A stretch of DNA of 64,000 bases from an uncultured Clostridia bacterium (GTDB lineage Bacteria; Bacillota; Clostridia; TANB77; CAG-508). The stretch covers positions 4,884 through 68,883 of the forward strand of contig CALXEX010000006.1 in assembly GCA_944387445.1 (NCBI GenBank), given 5' to 3'. Position 1 is the first letter of the stretch; the number at the start of each line of letters is the position of its first letter. Shown here one piece after another: positions 1-9,486 of the stretch. The notes under the pieces were generated by a model that was not told the origin of the DNA, did not search any database, and worked only from the letters and a program-made list of their open reading frames with translations. The position numbers were made by a program, and so were the translations under genes.

Positions 1-759
1 TTACAGGCACATGATAATGGTAGAACATATAAAGTTATAAAAAGGAAATTAGAGGATTGTGGATATAAGATATTTGAAAAAGTTTTAAATACAATGGATT
101 ATTCAGATTTACCACAAAACAGGGAAAGAATTTATATTATAGGCTTATCTAATGAAAAAGATATAGAATTATTTAATATTTTTGACGAAGATGTTCTAGC
201 TAATATAAGTAAGCATAAAACCTCAGAAGAAAAAATTAGAGAGATAAAAAAAGTAATTAATTATGATTTAACAAAAGAAAATGCTGAGAAATATTATTAT
301 ACTAAAGAAAAGTATCCTAATTATTTTGTATCTGTAGATGAATTTGAAAATTCAAAAAAAGAAAATAGAATAAATTTAGATGAACAAATAAATGAAAAGT
401 ATCAATTTTATCAATGCCGTAGAGGTATGTATGTCAGAAAAAATAAAAGTGGTGTATGTCCAACGTTAACAGCCAATATGGGAACAGGAGGTCATAATGT
501 TCCACTAATTAAAGTAAAAGATGGTATCAGAAAATTAACGCCTACAGAGACTTTTAAATTACAAGGATTTCCTGTAGGAAATGGATATGAATTACCAGAA
601 GAGTTTAATGGAAAGAAATATCCAGATTCTCAGTTATATAAACAAGCAGGAAATGCTGTTTCTGTCCCTGTAATAACAACATTATCAGAGGAAATATTAG
701 AAATATTAGAAAAAAATGACAATAATGAGAATTATAAAAATAATGGTATAGAAGAGTGA
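1..759 (+). CDS. DNA (cytosine-5)-methyltransferase, C-terminal part (5' end lies outside the window)
   Basis: Frame 1 is open from base 1, upstream of the listed ATG at 94. C5-MTase motifs are present: QNRERIYIIG (QxRxR), RKLTPTETFKLQGFP (motif IX-like) and QAGNAVSVPV (motif X, GNAV). Confidence 0.9.
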   Translation, partial: LQAHDNGRTYKVIKRKLEDCGYKIFEKVLNTMDYSDLPQNRERIYIIGLSNEKDIELFNIFDEDVLANISKHKTSEEKIREIKKVINYDLTKENAEKYYYTKEKYPNYFVSVDEFENSKKENRINLDEQINEKYQFYQCRRGMYVRKNKSGVCPTLTANMGTGGHNVPLIKVKDGIRKLTPTETFKLQGFPVGNGYELPEEFNGKKYPDSQLYKQAGNAVSVPVITTLSEEILEILEKNDNNENYKNNGIEE

Positions 760-786
760 TCTTATGATGATCACTTCTTTATTTTT
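751..786 (+). terminator. Putative intrinsic terminator overlapping the methyltransferase stop codon
   Basis: Stem gaag(a)gtgatc / gatcacttc with a 7-nt loop and one bulge, followed by tttattttt. Confidence 0.5.
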
Positions 787-827
787 ATATGTATTAATTA
801 AGTTATCATTCAAAATAGTTATTTAAA

Positions 828-880
828 ATGCAATAGTAAAATTTGTATTTGCACTTAGCAAATTTAAAAATGCAATAGTA
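828..880 (+). promoter_or_regulatory. Two direct copies of ATGCAATAGTA; candidate C-box operator upstream of the controller gene
   Basis: ATGCAATAGTA occurs at 828-838 and 870-880, 42 nt apart, each preceded by ttaaaa. Both lie in the 177-nt gap before the HTH gene. Confidence 0.35.
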
Positions 881-936
881 CAGTTTGTTTAAAATTAAAT
901 AAAAATCATATAAAATCCTTTCTAGGAGGTAAGTAT

Positions 937-1167
937 ATGGATAATAAACATTCAGAGAAATATATTAGAATAGGGTTGAATATTGCATTACAAAGAAAAT
1001 TGAAAAAGATGACACAGAGTGAATTAGCAGAAAAAATTGGTATTAGTAGAACGCATATGAGTAATATAGAAGCACCTAATATGGTAACACCAGTCTCTTT
1101 GGAAGTTATTTTTGATATTTGTGATGCCCTAGATATAACTCCAGAAATATTGTTTAAAATTAATTAA
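937..1167 (+). CDS. XRE-family helix-turn-helix protein, likely R-M controller (C) protein
   Basis: 76 aa. HTH segment MTQSELAEKIGISRTHMSNIE. Sits between the methyltransferase and the nuclease-like genes. RBS aggagg lies upstream. Confidence 0.75.
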   Translation: MDNKHSEKYIRIGLNIALQRKLKKMTQSELAEKIGISRTHMSNIEAPNMVTPVSLEVIFDICDALDITPEILFKIN

Positions 1168-1186
1168 TTCATATATATAAAAGATA

Positions 1187-1747
1187 ATGAAAAAAGTTAA
1201 AGTAAAATTGAAAGATGGAACTATAGTTATAGGCGATGAATTTGATATGGAAGATTATAAAAAATTTCAACAAATTTTTCGTAAATGGATGAATATAAAT
1301 ATAGATTTAAAACAATTTGGTGGAAGAAATTTAAATGTACCAGATGTATTTAGTGAAGCTTTATATTGTATTTTCTTTAATGCTGTTAGAACAAATGGTA
1401 CAGCACATTCATATGATGCAGTAGATAAAACTACCGGAGAAGGAATCCAAATAAAGTCAGCTTCTATAAAAAAGGATTGTACATCATTTGGTCCTACCTC
1501 AACATGGGACAAGTTGATTTTTGTAGACTTAGCACCATTTGGAGAAGTCGATGGAAATATATGGTTTTATGAGATTGATTCACGTAATATCTATAATATT
1601 GTTTTAAATTATAAGAAAAATGAAACTTTTAGAGATCAACAATTACAAGGAAGAAGGCCTAGGTTTTCAATTAAAGATAAAATAATAAATCCTCTTAGAT
1701 TAGTTCCTATAAAAAAGATTAATTTAATGGAGGATTCAGATGAATAA
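1187..1747 (+). CDS. Putative type II restriction endonuclease (reminds me of the Bsp6I family)
   Basis: 186 aa directly downstream of the C gene. PD-(D/E)xK-like segment YDAVD...GEGIQIKS. The family assignment is from memory and was not searched. Confidence 0.5.
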   Translation: MKKVKVKLKDGTIVIGDEFDMEDYKKFQQIFRKWMNINIDLKQFGGRNLNVPDVFSEALYCIFFNAVRTNGTAHSYDAVDKTTGEGIQIKSASIKKDCTSFGPTSTWDKLIFVDLAPFGEVDGNIWFYEIDSRNIYNIVLNYKKNETFRDQQLQGRRPRFSIKDKIINPLRLVPIKKINLMEDSDE

Positions 1748-1836
1748 TGATAATGAAATCAGTATAGATGTTGAAGATATAAAAAAAATCAGTATATTTT
1801 ATTACTTGTTTAGCACAAATACAAAAAGATAGTACA

Positions 1837-2868
1837 ATGTATGGAGCTTTAAACTCAAAGGGCGATCTTATGGGAGGAATCTTTGATAGATGGATAAATA
1901 CAATCCCAGAAAGCATAGTTTTTAATAAAACAATTTTACCTAATATATCAAAGAATAAAAAAGTACAAGTTATTACAGATTATTATATATATGATCCCGC
2001 TAGTGATAAAGCAGGAATTGCTTCGGATGTCATAGGAATAAATGTTGATAATAAGCCAATTCCTTTTGAAGTATTTGACAATAAATGGATACCAGTAAAA
2101 GGAATGCCACAGATAGAAATAAAAACTAATAGAAGAAAACATAAGATGATTTCTTTAAGAAATCAAGGATATGAAGGCAAATATTTAGTTTTTGTAGAGA
2201 CTGATTTTTATACAGATTACTTAGTACCACTAATAAAACAAGAATTTTATTCTGACCAAGTACATAATGAGTTGAAAATGAACAATGAAGTTTTTATAAT
2301 TTCTAATCAAAAAGGATATTTACAACAAACTCCGAAGATTGATGTATCTAAGAAAACAATTGGAAATGTTAGAATGCTATATATAACTACAGCCAAAGAT
2401 TTTATGAGTAATGCTATAGAATGTAAGGAAAAGGAAGAAATAGAATATATTGTAGATATAGAAGAAAGAAAAAGTAATCTAAATTCATATGTTGGAAAAT
2501 TAAAAGAATTTGGAGAATTACTTCCGAATGGATTATTTAGATTTAACGAAAAATGGTATAAATATACTAATGCTAAAGGAAAAAGTTATAGGAAAAATAA
2601 TGTGAAAACAGTAGACTTTTATTTTAGCAATCTTAAAGCAATAGAAATATTAGAAATTAATAAATCTACAATTAATGTAAGGGCTTCTGAAGCATGTAGT
2701 ATATTTAATGATATTATAGAGAAAAATAAGATTTACACAATTAGAATGGATAGATTATCAAGAGGAAACACTAAAGAATATTTTATATCTAAAAAAACTA
2801 TTCCATTTTTGGAAAATAAAGAGAATGAATTATTAAAAAAATTAAAAAAAATAATTGATGAAAATTAA
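1837..2868 (+). CDS. Hypothetical protein with a second PD-(D/E)xK-like signature
   Basis: 343-aa ORF on the same strand as the R-M genes. Segment SDVIG...PQIEIKT fits D...ExK. I recognise no family. Confidence 0.5.
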   Translation: MYGALNSKGDLMGGIFDRWINTIPESIVFNKTILPNISKNKKVQVITDYYIYDPASDKAGIASDVIGINVDNKPIPFEVFDNKWIPVKGMPQIEIKTNRRKHKMISLRNQGYEGKYLVFVETDFYTDYLVPLIKQEFYSDQVHNELKMNNEVFIISNQKGYLQQTPKIDVSKKTIGNVRMLYITTAKDFMSNAIECKEKEEIEYIVDIEERKSNLNSYVGKLKEFGELLPNGLFRFNEKWYKYTNAKGKSYRKNNVKTVDFYFSNLKAIEILEINKSTINVRASEACSIFNDIIEKNKIYTIRMDRLSRGNTKEYFISKKTIPFLENKENELLKKLKKIIDEN

Positions 2869-2894
2869 AAAATTGTATGTTAGAAGGTTAAAAT

Positions 2895-3212
2895 ATGGAT
2901 AAAGTAATAGAAAAGTTAAAGGAATTTAATAAAGAAAGAGATTGGGACAAATTTCACTCACCAGAGAATCTTGCAAAATCAATTTCGATTGAAGCGGGAG
3001 AACTATTAGAGTGTTTTCAATGGGATTCTGAAAACTATAACAAAGATGAAGTATGTGAAGAATTAGCAGATGTATTTACATATTGCATTCAAATGGCTAT
3101 GAAATTGAATGTAAATCCAGAAGAAATCATTTTAAAAAAGTTAGAAAAAACAAAGAAAAAATATCCAGTGGAAAAAGCTAAAGGAGTCAGTACAAAGTAT
3201 AATAAATTATAG
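2895..3212 (+). CDS. MazG-like nucleotide pyrophosphohydrolase
   Basis: 105 aa. RDWDKFHSPENLAKSISIEAGELLECFQW and EELADVFTYC are typical of small MazG/dCTP-pyrophosphatase-like proteins. Confidence 0.8.
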   Translation: MDKVIEKLKEFNKERDWDKFHSPENLAKSISIEAGELLECFQWDSENYNKDEVCEELADVFTYCIQMAMKLNVNPEEIILKKLEKTKKKYPVEKAKGVSTKYNKL

Positions 3213-3219
3213 CAGTTAA

Positions 3220-3650
3220 AGAAAAAATAGAAATGATTATGAAGTATATGTGGGTGAATCAAATAATATTTTTCAAAGAACTAGACAACATTATAGTAAA
3301 ATTTCAGATGAAAACGAATGGCAACATAACTTATCAGATGGAAAAGCTAATTTATATATTATAGGGTATGAACATTTTAATAAGTCGATGACACTAGATA
3401 TAGAAAATAGATTGATTCATTATTTGATGGAACTTCAAAGAAATTTGGAGAAAAATTTTTAAAACATGAAGATAGAGTTCTTATGACACGAGGAGTAAAT
3501 GGATTATATATATATGCATGTGATGATGAATTAAGAGAACATTTGAAACAATGTAGTTATCATGAAATACAATACGAAATAAATGAAGGTGAAAATGAAA
3601 AAGGATTTTTAAAAGTTGCTGAAGATAGTGAAGAATATAGATATGAGTAA
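3220..3650 (+). pseudogene. Remnant of a DUF2075-type (GIY-YIG N-terminus plus helicase-like) gene
   Basis: An N-terminal-like piece YEVYVGESNNIFQRTRQHY...LYIIGYEHFNKSMTLDIENRLIHYL stops at 3462. A C-terminal-like piece LMTRGVNGLYIYACDDELREHLKQ continues in another frame. The central several hundred codons of such proteins are missing. Confidence 0.5.
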
Positions 3651-4197
3651 TATATGAAAGACATAATAGGCCGTTATAAATATAAAAATTAAATGTTTGA
3701 TTTGTGGAGATATAATTGAATCAAAAAGTCTACATGATTTAGTAACTTACAAATGTGAATCATGTTATATTGATGGTGGAAACTATTATTCACATGTAGG
3801 AGCGAAAGATTTTAGCAAGGTAGTTAAAATATTGGATGATGGTAGTGAAGTTAAATTAAATTTAAAATAAACAAAAGAAAGGCAAAATAATAGTAATTGA
3901 GTTATTTTGCTTTTTCTAACTTGAAGAGTTACCATGATGAATAATAAAAAATTCTGTTTTTAAATGGAAGGAAATGAAAATATACCAGGAAAAAAAGAAT
4001 ATTAGAGACTGTATAAAAGGTATAAATATAAAGCTGATAGGAAAATAATTTCAAAAAGTGAGTTTAATCGATGAAATTATATAACTTTAGAATTAAAACA
4101 AGAGTGTGCTGAAGATAAAATTACAGTAGATGATATGTTTGTTACAAAAGATGTAAGTATTTGAAAATAAAAAAAGTTTGTAGAAAATGAGGAAAAA

Positions 4198-7143
4198 ATG
4201 ATGGAAGAATTTATTAAAGAAAGTAAAAAAATAATTCAAAGAAGTATATACCATAATAAATTAGTTTTATTTATTGGTGCGGGAGTTTCAGCAAATTCTG
4301 GACTACCATTATGGAAAGACCTAATAGAAAAAATAAAGAAGAAAATAAAGGTTTCTGACGATTCTAATGATTATTTAAAAATTGCACAATACTATTATAA
4401 TTCAAGGGGAGAAAAAGAATATTATGATTTCCTAAAAGAGGAATTAGAGGTAGAAGCTAGTCCTAATAATATACATGAAGCATTACTTGAGATGAATCCA
4501 TGTCATATTATAACTACTAATTATGACGATTTAATAGAAAAAGAAGCAAGAAAAAAAGGAATGTTCTATGATGTCGTAGCTAAAGATACAGACTTACCAT
4601 ATACACCTAATAATAAAATGATCATAAAAATGCATGGAGATTTTAAAAATAGAAATATTGTATTTAAAGAAGATGATTATTTATCATATTCAAATAATTT
4701 TAAATTGATAGAAAATTATATAAAATCGTTATTTTCAACAAATGTAGTTTTGTTTGTAGGATATAGTTTAGGAGATACAAATGTACAATTAATATTTCAA
4801 TGGATAAAAGATATTTTAGGAAAAGATTTGCCAAAGCCATATTTTTTGAAAATAGATAATATTGATTCAGAAGTTGATATAAATGAATTTGAATATTATA
4901 AAAATAAAGGGATAAATATATTGTATTATTCACAAATAGCTAAACACTTAGAAAATAATTCTAAATTTGAAACTATTGGAGATAAAACATACAATGCAGT
5001 AAAATATTTGAGTAGTAGAGAAGAAAATCAATTTGGAATAGAAGAATTAAATCACTACATAGAATTATTTAAAGATATAAATATACTTGATAATAAATTA
5101 ATAGGTAATTTACTTGAAAATAAAGCAAAATTATTAAAATATACGGATTATGAATTAAAAGGAAATACTTTAATATTACGTAGTAGTAAAATAGATAATT
5201 TGATAACAGATATAAGAAAAGAGATTAAAAGTGGAAAAAGTAAGGTTATAGACTTTTTAGATAAAGCAAGTATTTTCTTTATTGTACAAAAACTTAAAGA
5301 TAAAAAGAAAAGCAGAATTATATATAAGAGAAGAAAAATAAAAGAAATATCATATATGGATGTTCAAGATGATATAGAAAATTATAACTATAAAAATCTG
5401 AATTATTTTATAAATGTAACAGGAGAAAGAGAAATTGCTAATAACATAAAATTAGAGTTTGAAAAGGCATATGCATATTATATGATTAATGACTATTATA
5501 ATTCGTATGAAGAGTATAAAAAAATATCAGAAAGAAGTTTTAATAGTAAAAATATGATAATATATGCTTTATCAGAATTTAATAGATTTTATATTGGAAA
5601 AATGTTGTGCAATGATTGGATGAGTCCGGACACTATAAGAAAGAAAGTTAAAGATGAAATAGGTAAAATTAATCTGGACAAAATTATTTATAATATTCCA
5701 GTAGAAATTGAGCAGTTAGATTTTATAAAGAGAATTTTAACATGGAGTTTTCTACAAGATAATCTTCATGAAATGGAAGAACTTAGATATAAAATAGAAA
5801 AAGATGAAAATACTTGTTATTTTGGAGGAATAGGAAAAGATATTGCAGGAATCTATTTGTTACAAAAAAGTGTAAAAAATTTATGGAAGTTTATAAAGTA
5901 CAATATGCTATCTATTGACAGATATAGAGAAGTAAAAAGAATTTTTTATAATTATATAGACAGTTTGTTAAGAAACTATTCAATACCTAAAATTCAAAAA
6001 GAATATGATGAGTTTTTTGGAATGTCAGGAGAAAATGTAAAGATTGAAGAGATTAGTATATTTGATATAAGAGTAATGTTAGAATATATTTCTTTGAAAG
6101 ATTTAGAAGAACTCTTCAATAAATATGATATTGAGAATATAAAAATAGAAAATACAAGTATAGGAATACTATTAAATATATTAAATAATGTAATTGACTA
6201 TAATATAAATCAATACAGAAAAAATATTATAGATGTTAATAAAATACTATTACTTTTATCAAAAATAGATGTGGGATATGAAAACTATATAAACATAAAT
6301 AAACAAATATTAATGTTTTTAAAAGGGAAGAATCTTAATATAGAAAATTATGGATATATAAACAAATATATATATTATCAGGATAAAAAATTTAAAAGAT
6401 ATGATATACAAACATTAAAGGAAATTTTGATTTGTATTCAAAAAGAAATTACAACTATGAACATGCAAAACATAAATAATAATCAGGAATATATTATTAA
6501 TAATATAACACATATAATTCATAAAAATGATAAAAAATTTAAGTTAGATATAGAAATTGAAGAATTATTACACAAGGAAAAAAAAGGAATTATAATATAT
6601 AAAATATTAATGGATTTATATTATATTTGTAATCAAGACAATAAAAAGAAAATTAAAAATGCAATTATAGTAAAGTTGAATACCAAAGAATTTAGTATGA
6701 TAGAGGCGGAAATATATTATGAGGCGATAATGGGAAAGATAATAGTATCCAATAAAAAGTATGAAGAAAAAATACAAGAATATTTAGATAAAGAAATTGA
6801 TAAAAAAGAAAATTCATCATTAAGAAGTTATCCAGATCCTGTTGAAGTATTACTAAGTAATATAATTAATTTAATTTTAAATAATGATATTAAAGATAAG
6901 GAAAGGTTTAAAAAATATATAGGAATTAAAGATGATTATGATTTTTTATTTAATTTAGATAATTATGAAAATGAAAAAATAGATATAAATTGGCTTGATA
7001 AGTTTTCAAAGAAATTATTGGAAAGATTAGCTAAAAATGAAAAAATAAAATATGAAATAGGCAGACAAATAAAACAAGAATTAATCTCTAATAATAATTT
7101 CGATAAAAAATTACTAAGAATATATTTGGAATATTTTAGTTAA
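4198..7143 (+). CDS. SIR2-domain (SIR2_2 type) protein with a long helical C-terminal region; DSR1/DSR2-like anti-phage NADase candidate
   Basis: 981 aa. N-terminal motifs LVLFIGAGVSANSGLPLWKDL, ITTNYDDLIE, KMHGD and VLFVGYSLGDTNV. About 700 aa of Lys/Asn/Ile-rich, helix-prone sequence follow. Confidence 0.85.
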   Translation: MMEEFIKESKKIIQRSIYHNKLVLFIGAGVSANSGLPLWKDLIEKIKKKIKVSDDSNDYLKIAQYYYNSRGEKEYYDFLKEELEVEASPNNIHEALLEMNPCHIITTNYDDLIEKEARKKGMFYDVVAKDTDLPYTPNNKMIIKMHGDFKNRNIVFKEDDYLSYSNNFKLIENYIKSLFSTNVVLFVGYSLGDTNVQLIFQWIKDILGKDLPKPYFLKIDNIDSEVDINEFEYYKNKGINILYYSQIAKHLENNSKFETIGDKTYNAVKYLSSREENQFGIEELNHYIELFKDINILDNKLIGNLLENKAKLLKYTDYELKGNTLILRSSKIDNLITDIRKEIKSGKSKVIDFLDKASIFFIVQKLKDKKKSRIIYKRRKIKEISYMDVQDDIENYNYKNLNYFINVTGEREIANNIKLEFEKAYAYYMINDYYNSYEEYKKISERSFNSKNMIIYALSEFNRFYIGKMLCNDWMSPDTIRKKVKDEIGKINLDKIIYNIPVEIEQLDFIKRILTWSFLQDNLHEMEELRYKIEKDENTCYFGGIGKDIAGIYLLQKSVKNLWKFIKYNMLSIDRYREVKRIFYNYIDSLLRNYSIPKIQKEYDEFFGMSGENVKIEEISIFDIRVMLEYISLKDLEELFNKYDIENIKIENTSIGILLNILNNVIDYNINQYRKNIIDVNKILLLLSKIDVGYENYININKQILMFLKGKNLNIENYGYINKYIYYQDKKFKRYDIQTLKEILICIQKEITTMNMQNINNNQEYIINNITHIIHKNDKKFKLDIEIEELLHKEKKGIIIYKILMDLYYICNQDNKKKIKNAIIVKLNTKEFSMIEAEIYYEAIMGKIIVSNKKYEEKIQEYLDKEIDKKENSSLRSYPDPVEVLLSNIINLILNNDIKDKERFKKYIGIKDDYDFLFNLDNYENEKIDINWLDKFSKKLLERLAKNEKIKYEIGRQIKQELISNNNFDKKLLRIYLEYFS

Positions 7144-7493
7144 AATTAGTTTAAACATAAAAATACATATACAGCCCTGAAAAATAATAAAAATAATAGT
7201 AAATAATAAAAAAAGAGTTATACTATAACCATACAGAATAGCACTCTTTAAAACATAATAGAAAAAACAAAAAAATTCATTCTATTTCTCATAAACAGAA
7301 TATCTTAATCCTAATTTTTTACTAGAAAAATTACTCCAAAGAAGATTGCAACACGACAAAACAGGAATATAAAAAAAGAAGTTTACTTATCTAGTATTTC
7401 TATCATATTTGTTAGTGATACAAATATAATCTTGACAAAATCTAATTCATAAGATATTTTAAATAAAAATATTATATAGGAGATGAATGTAAT

Positions 7494-7892
7494 ATGATAG
7501 CTATATGGATAGTTGGAGGACTCTTTTTAATAGTAGGACTTATATATTGTATTCCGAAATACATGAAAATTATAAAATGTAAAGAACAAACTACAGGAAC
7601 AATTATCAATAGTACAAAAGCAACAGGAACAGGGAATCAACCAATTAAAGCAAATTATGAATATTCTGTTGATAATGTAAAATATTCAAAAAGTACGAAT
7701 TGGACCAACTTTGGAATTTTCATAAATGGAAAAGAATGTGGAGTCATGTATGATAAAAACAACCCAAATAATTCTTATATCAAAAGAAGTGGGCAAATTA
7801 TAAATTGTATAATAGGAACTTTTTTTGCTATCGTAGGAATAGGAATACTATGTATAGGCGTTGTTCTAAATACTATGAAACTAGACTTTTGA
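7494..7892 (+). CDS. DUF3592-like membrane protein
   Basis: 132 aa with N- and C-terminal TM helices flanking a beta-rich core (GTIINS...ANYEYSVDNVKYSKS). Confidence 0.6.
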   Translation: MIAIWIVGGLFLIVGLIYCIPKYMKIIKCKEQTTGTIINSTKATGTGNQPIKANYEYSVDNVKYSKSTNWTNFGIFINGKECGVMYDKNNPNNSYIKRSGQIINCIIGTFFAIVGIGILCIGVVLNTMKLDF

Positions 7893-7894
7893 AA

Positions 7895-8254
7895 TCAAAA
7901 AATCTGTTTCACATGACGAATACGAGGAATATGATTACTAATAAAAACCTCAATCACATCCACACGAACAAAAAGACGATGAAGATTATGACTATACAAA
8001 TAATACTGACAAGCTTTAAATAAATGTTTCTGCTTATTTTTATCAACAGCATCAATAGGAGAACCATATTTAAAGCTTGTCCTAGTTTTCACCTCAATAA
8101 AAACCAACTCATTTTTAGAAGTATCTTTTGCAATAATATCAATTTCACCATGATAACAAGAAAAATTTCGTTCAATAATAATATAATTCAATTTTTTCAA
8201 ATATTCACAAGCTAAGTTTTCACCATATTTACCAGTCACTTGTTTAAAATACAT
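7895..8254 (-). CDS. yraN: YraN-family (UPF0102) endonuclease
   Basis: 119 aa. GENLACEYLKKLNYIIIERNFSCYHGEIDIIAKD...LVFIEVKTRT is the typical family core. Confidence 0.85.
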   Translation of the reverse strand: MYFKQVTGKYGENLACEYLKKLNYIIIERNFSCYHGEIDIIAKDTSKNELVFIEVKTRTSFKYGSPIDAVDKNKQKHLFKACQYYLYSHNLHRLFVRVDVIEVFISNHIPRIRHVKQIF

Positions 8255-9336
8255 ATATAACCACCTGCAACTTTCTTTATATACCCATCCAATTCTAATA
8301 AAAATAGATCATTAGAAATCTGTGAAATAGATTTTGACGTTTTTTTACAAAGTTCATTAATTGATATCGGTTCATTTGATATCAAATCATAAATATATGC
8401 CAACTTAGAATTTTTCAGCGCTTTTTTTTCTGGAATACTTGAAGAATTTAAGTTATTAATAGAATGAAAACCAGAAGTAATTTGAGAATTAAAATAAGAT
8501 TGGGAATTTAATTTACTATTTCTAGTAGAATTAATATTTAATGAAGCGTTTTTCGTATTTGTGTGATTGGTCAATTCTGTAGGTTTTATGGAATTAGAAG
8601 TTTTTTTAGAACTATCAAAAATATCATAGTCAACATGTAAAGAATCTAAATTTATTTTTTCAACATTTTTAAATTTTTTAGTCAATTTTTTTAAGCACTT
8701 AAATTCTTGTAAAATATCTTCAGTTTCTGTTACTAAGATAGCACCATTTTTAATTAATCTATTGGTACCTGTGCCATGTGAATTCCAGATTTCATGTGGC
8801 AATGCAAAAACTTTTCTATTTTGCGAAATTGCCAGTTTTGCAGTAACACTTGTACCACTTCTATATACTGCTTCTACGACTAGAACACCTAGAGATAAAC
8901 CACTAACGATACGATTTCTTTCTAAAAAGTATTTAGATTGACATTTGGTCTCAGGAGAATATTCAGTAATGACTAATCCGCCAAAGTCTAAAATTTTTTT
9001 ATATAATTCTATATTTTCTGGAGGGAAAATGTGATTGAAACCATTTCCAAGAACGGCAATTGTTTTTCCAAGTTGATTATAGGAATATAAGTGTGAAATG
9101 GTGTCAATACCGTTCAGCTAATCCACTGATAATCGTAATACCGCATTGCGATAATTCATAAGAAAATTTTTGTGCTAAGAGTCTGCCATTTTTTGTACAT
9201 TTACGTGACCCAATTATGGCAATGATTGGATTTTTTAGCAAATCTAAATTACCTTCTAAATATAATGTTTGTGGTGGATGAGGTATAGATTTTAATTGCC
9301 TTGGATAAAGTTTATCATCTATTTGAATTTTTTTTA
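8236..9336 (-). pseudogene. dprA: DNA processing protein DprA (Smf), interrupted by a 1-nt insertion
   Basis: The upstream frame reads ...IIAIIGSRKCTKNG...GITIISGLAE, then hits a stop. The +1 frame continues GIDTISHLYS...GNGFNHIFPPEN...VVEAVYRSGTSVTAKLA...ALPHEIW to a C-terminal winged-helix-like end. Removing one base near 9112 restores SGLAEGIDT. No ATG opens the frame. Confidence 0.75.
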
Positions 9337-9486
9337 TAAAATCACTCCTTTTCTATAAAAGTTTCTATTTTTTATATTTTATAGTTTTTTTAACAGATAA
9401 TTTTTGTAGAATTATAAAGATATAAAAGCTTTTACTTTATATATCTAACATTTATTTTACATACAAATGAATAAAAATAAGCTATA

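Noticed and set aside
3670-3870. Zinc-ribbon-like ORF (CLIC...CESC) as a live gene
   Set aside because: The frame opens right after a stop. The only standard start (TTG at 3697) would remove the first cysteine, and there is no RBS. Treated as a remnant.
7805-8215. Plus-strand ORFs of 72 and 63 aa
   Set aside because: They overlap the end of the DUF3592 gene and run antisense to yraN. They have no RBS or motifs.
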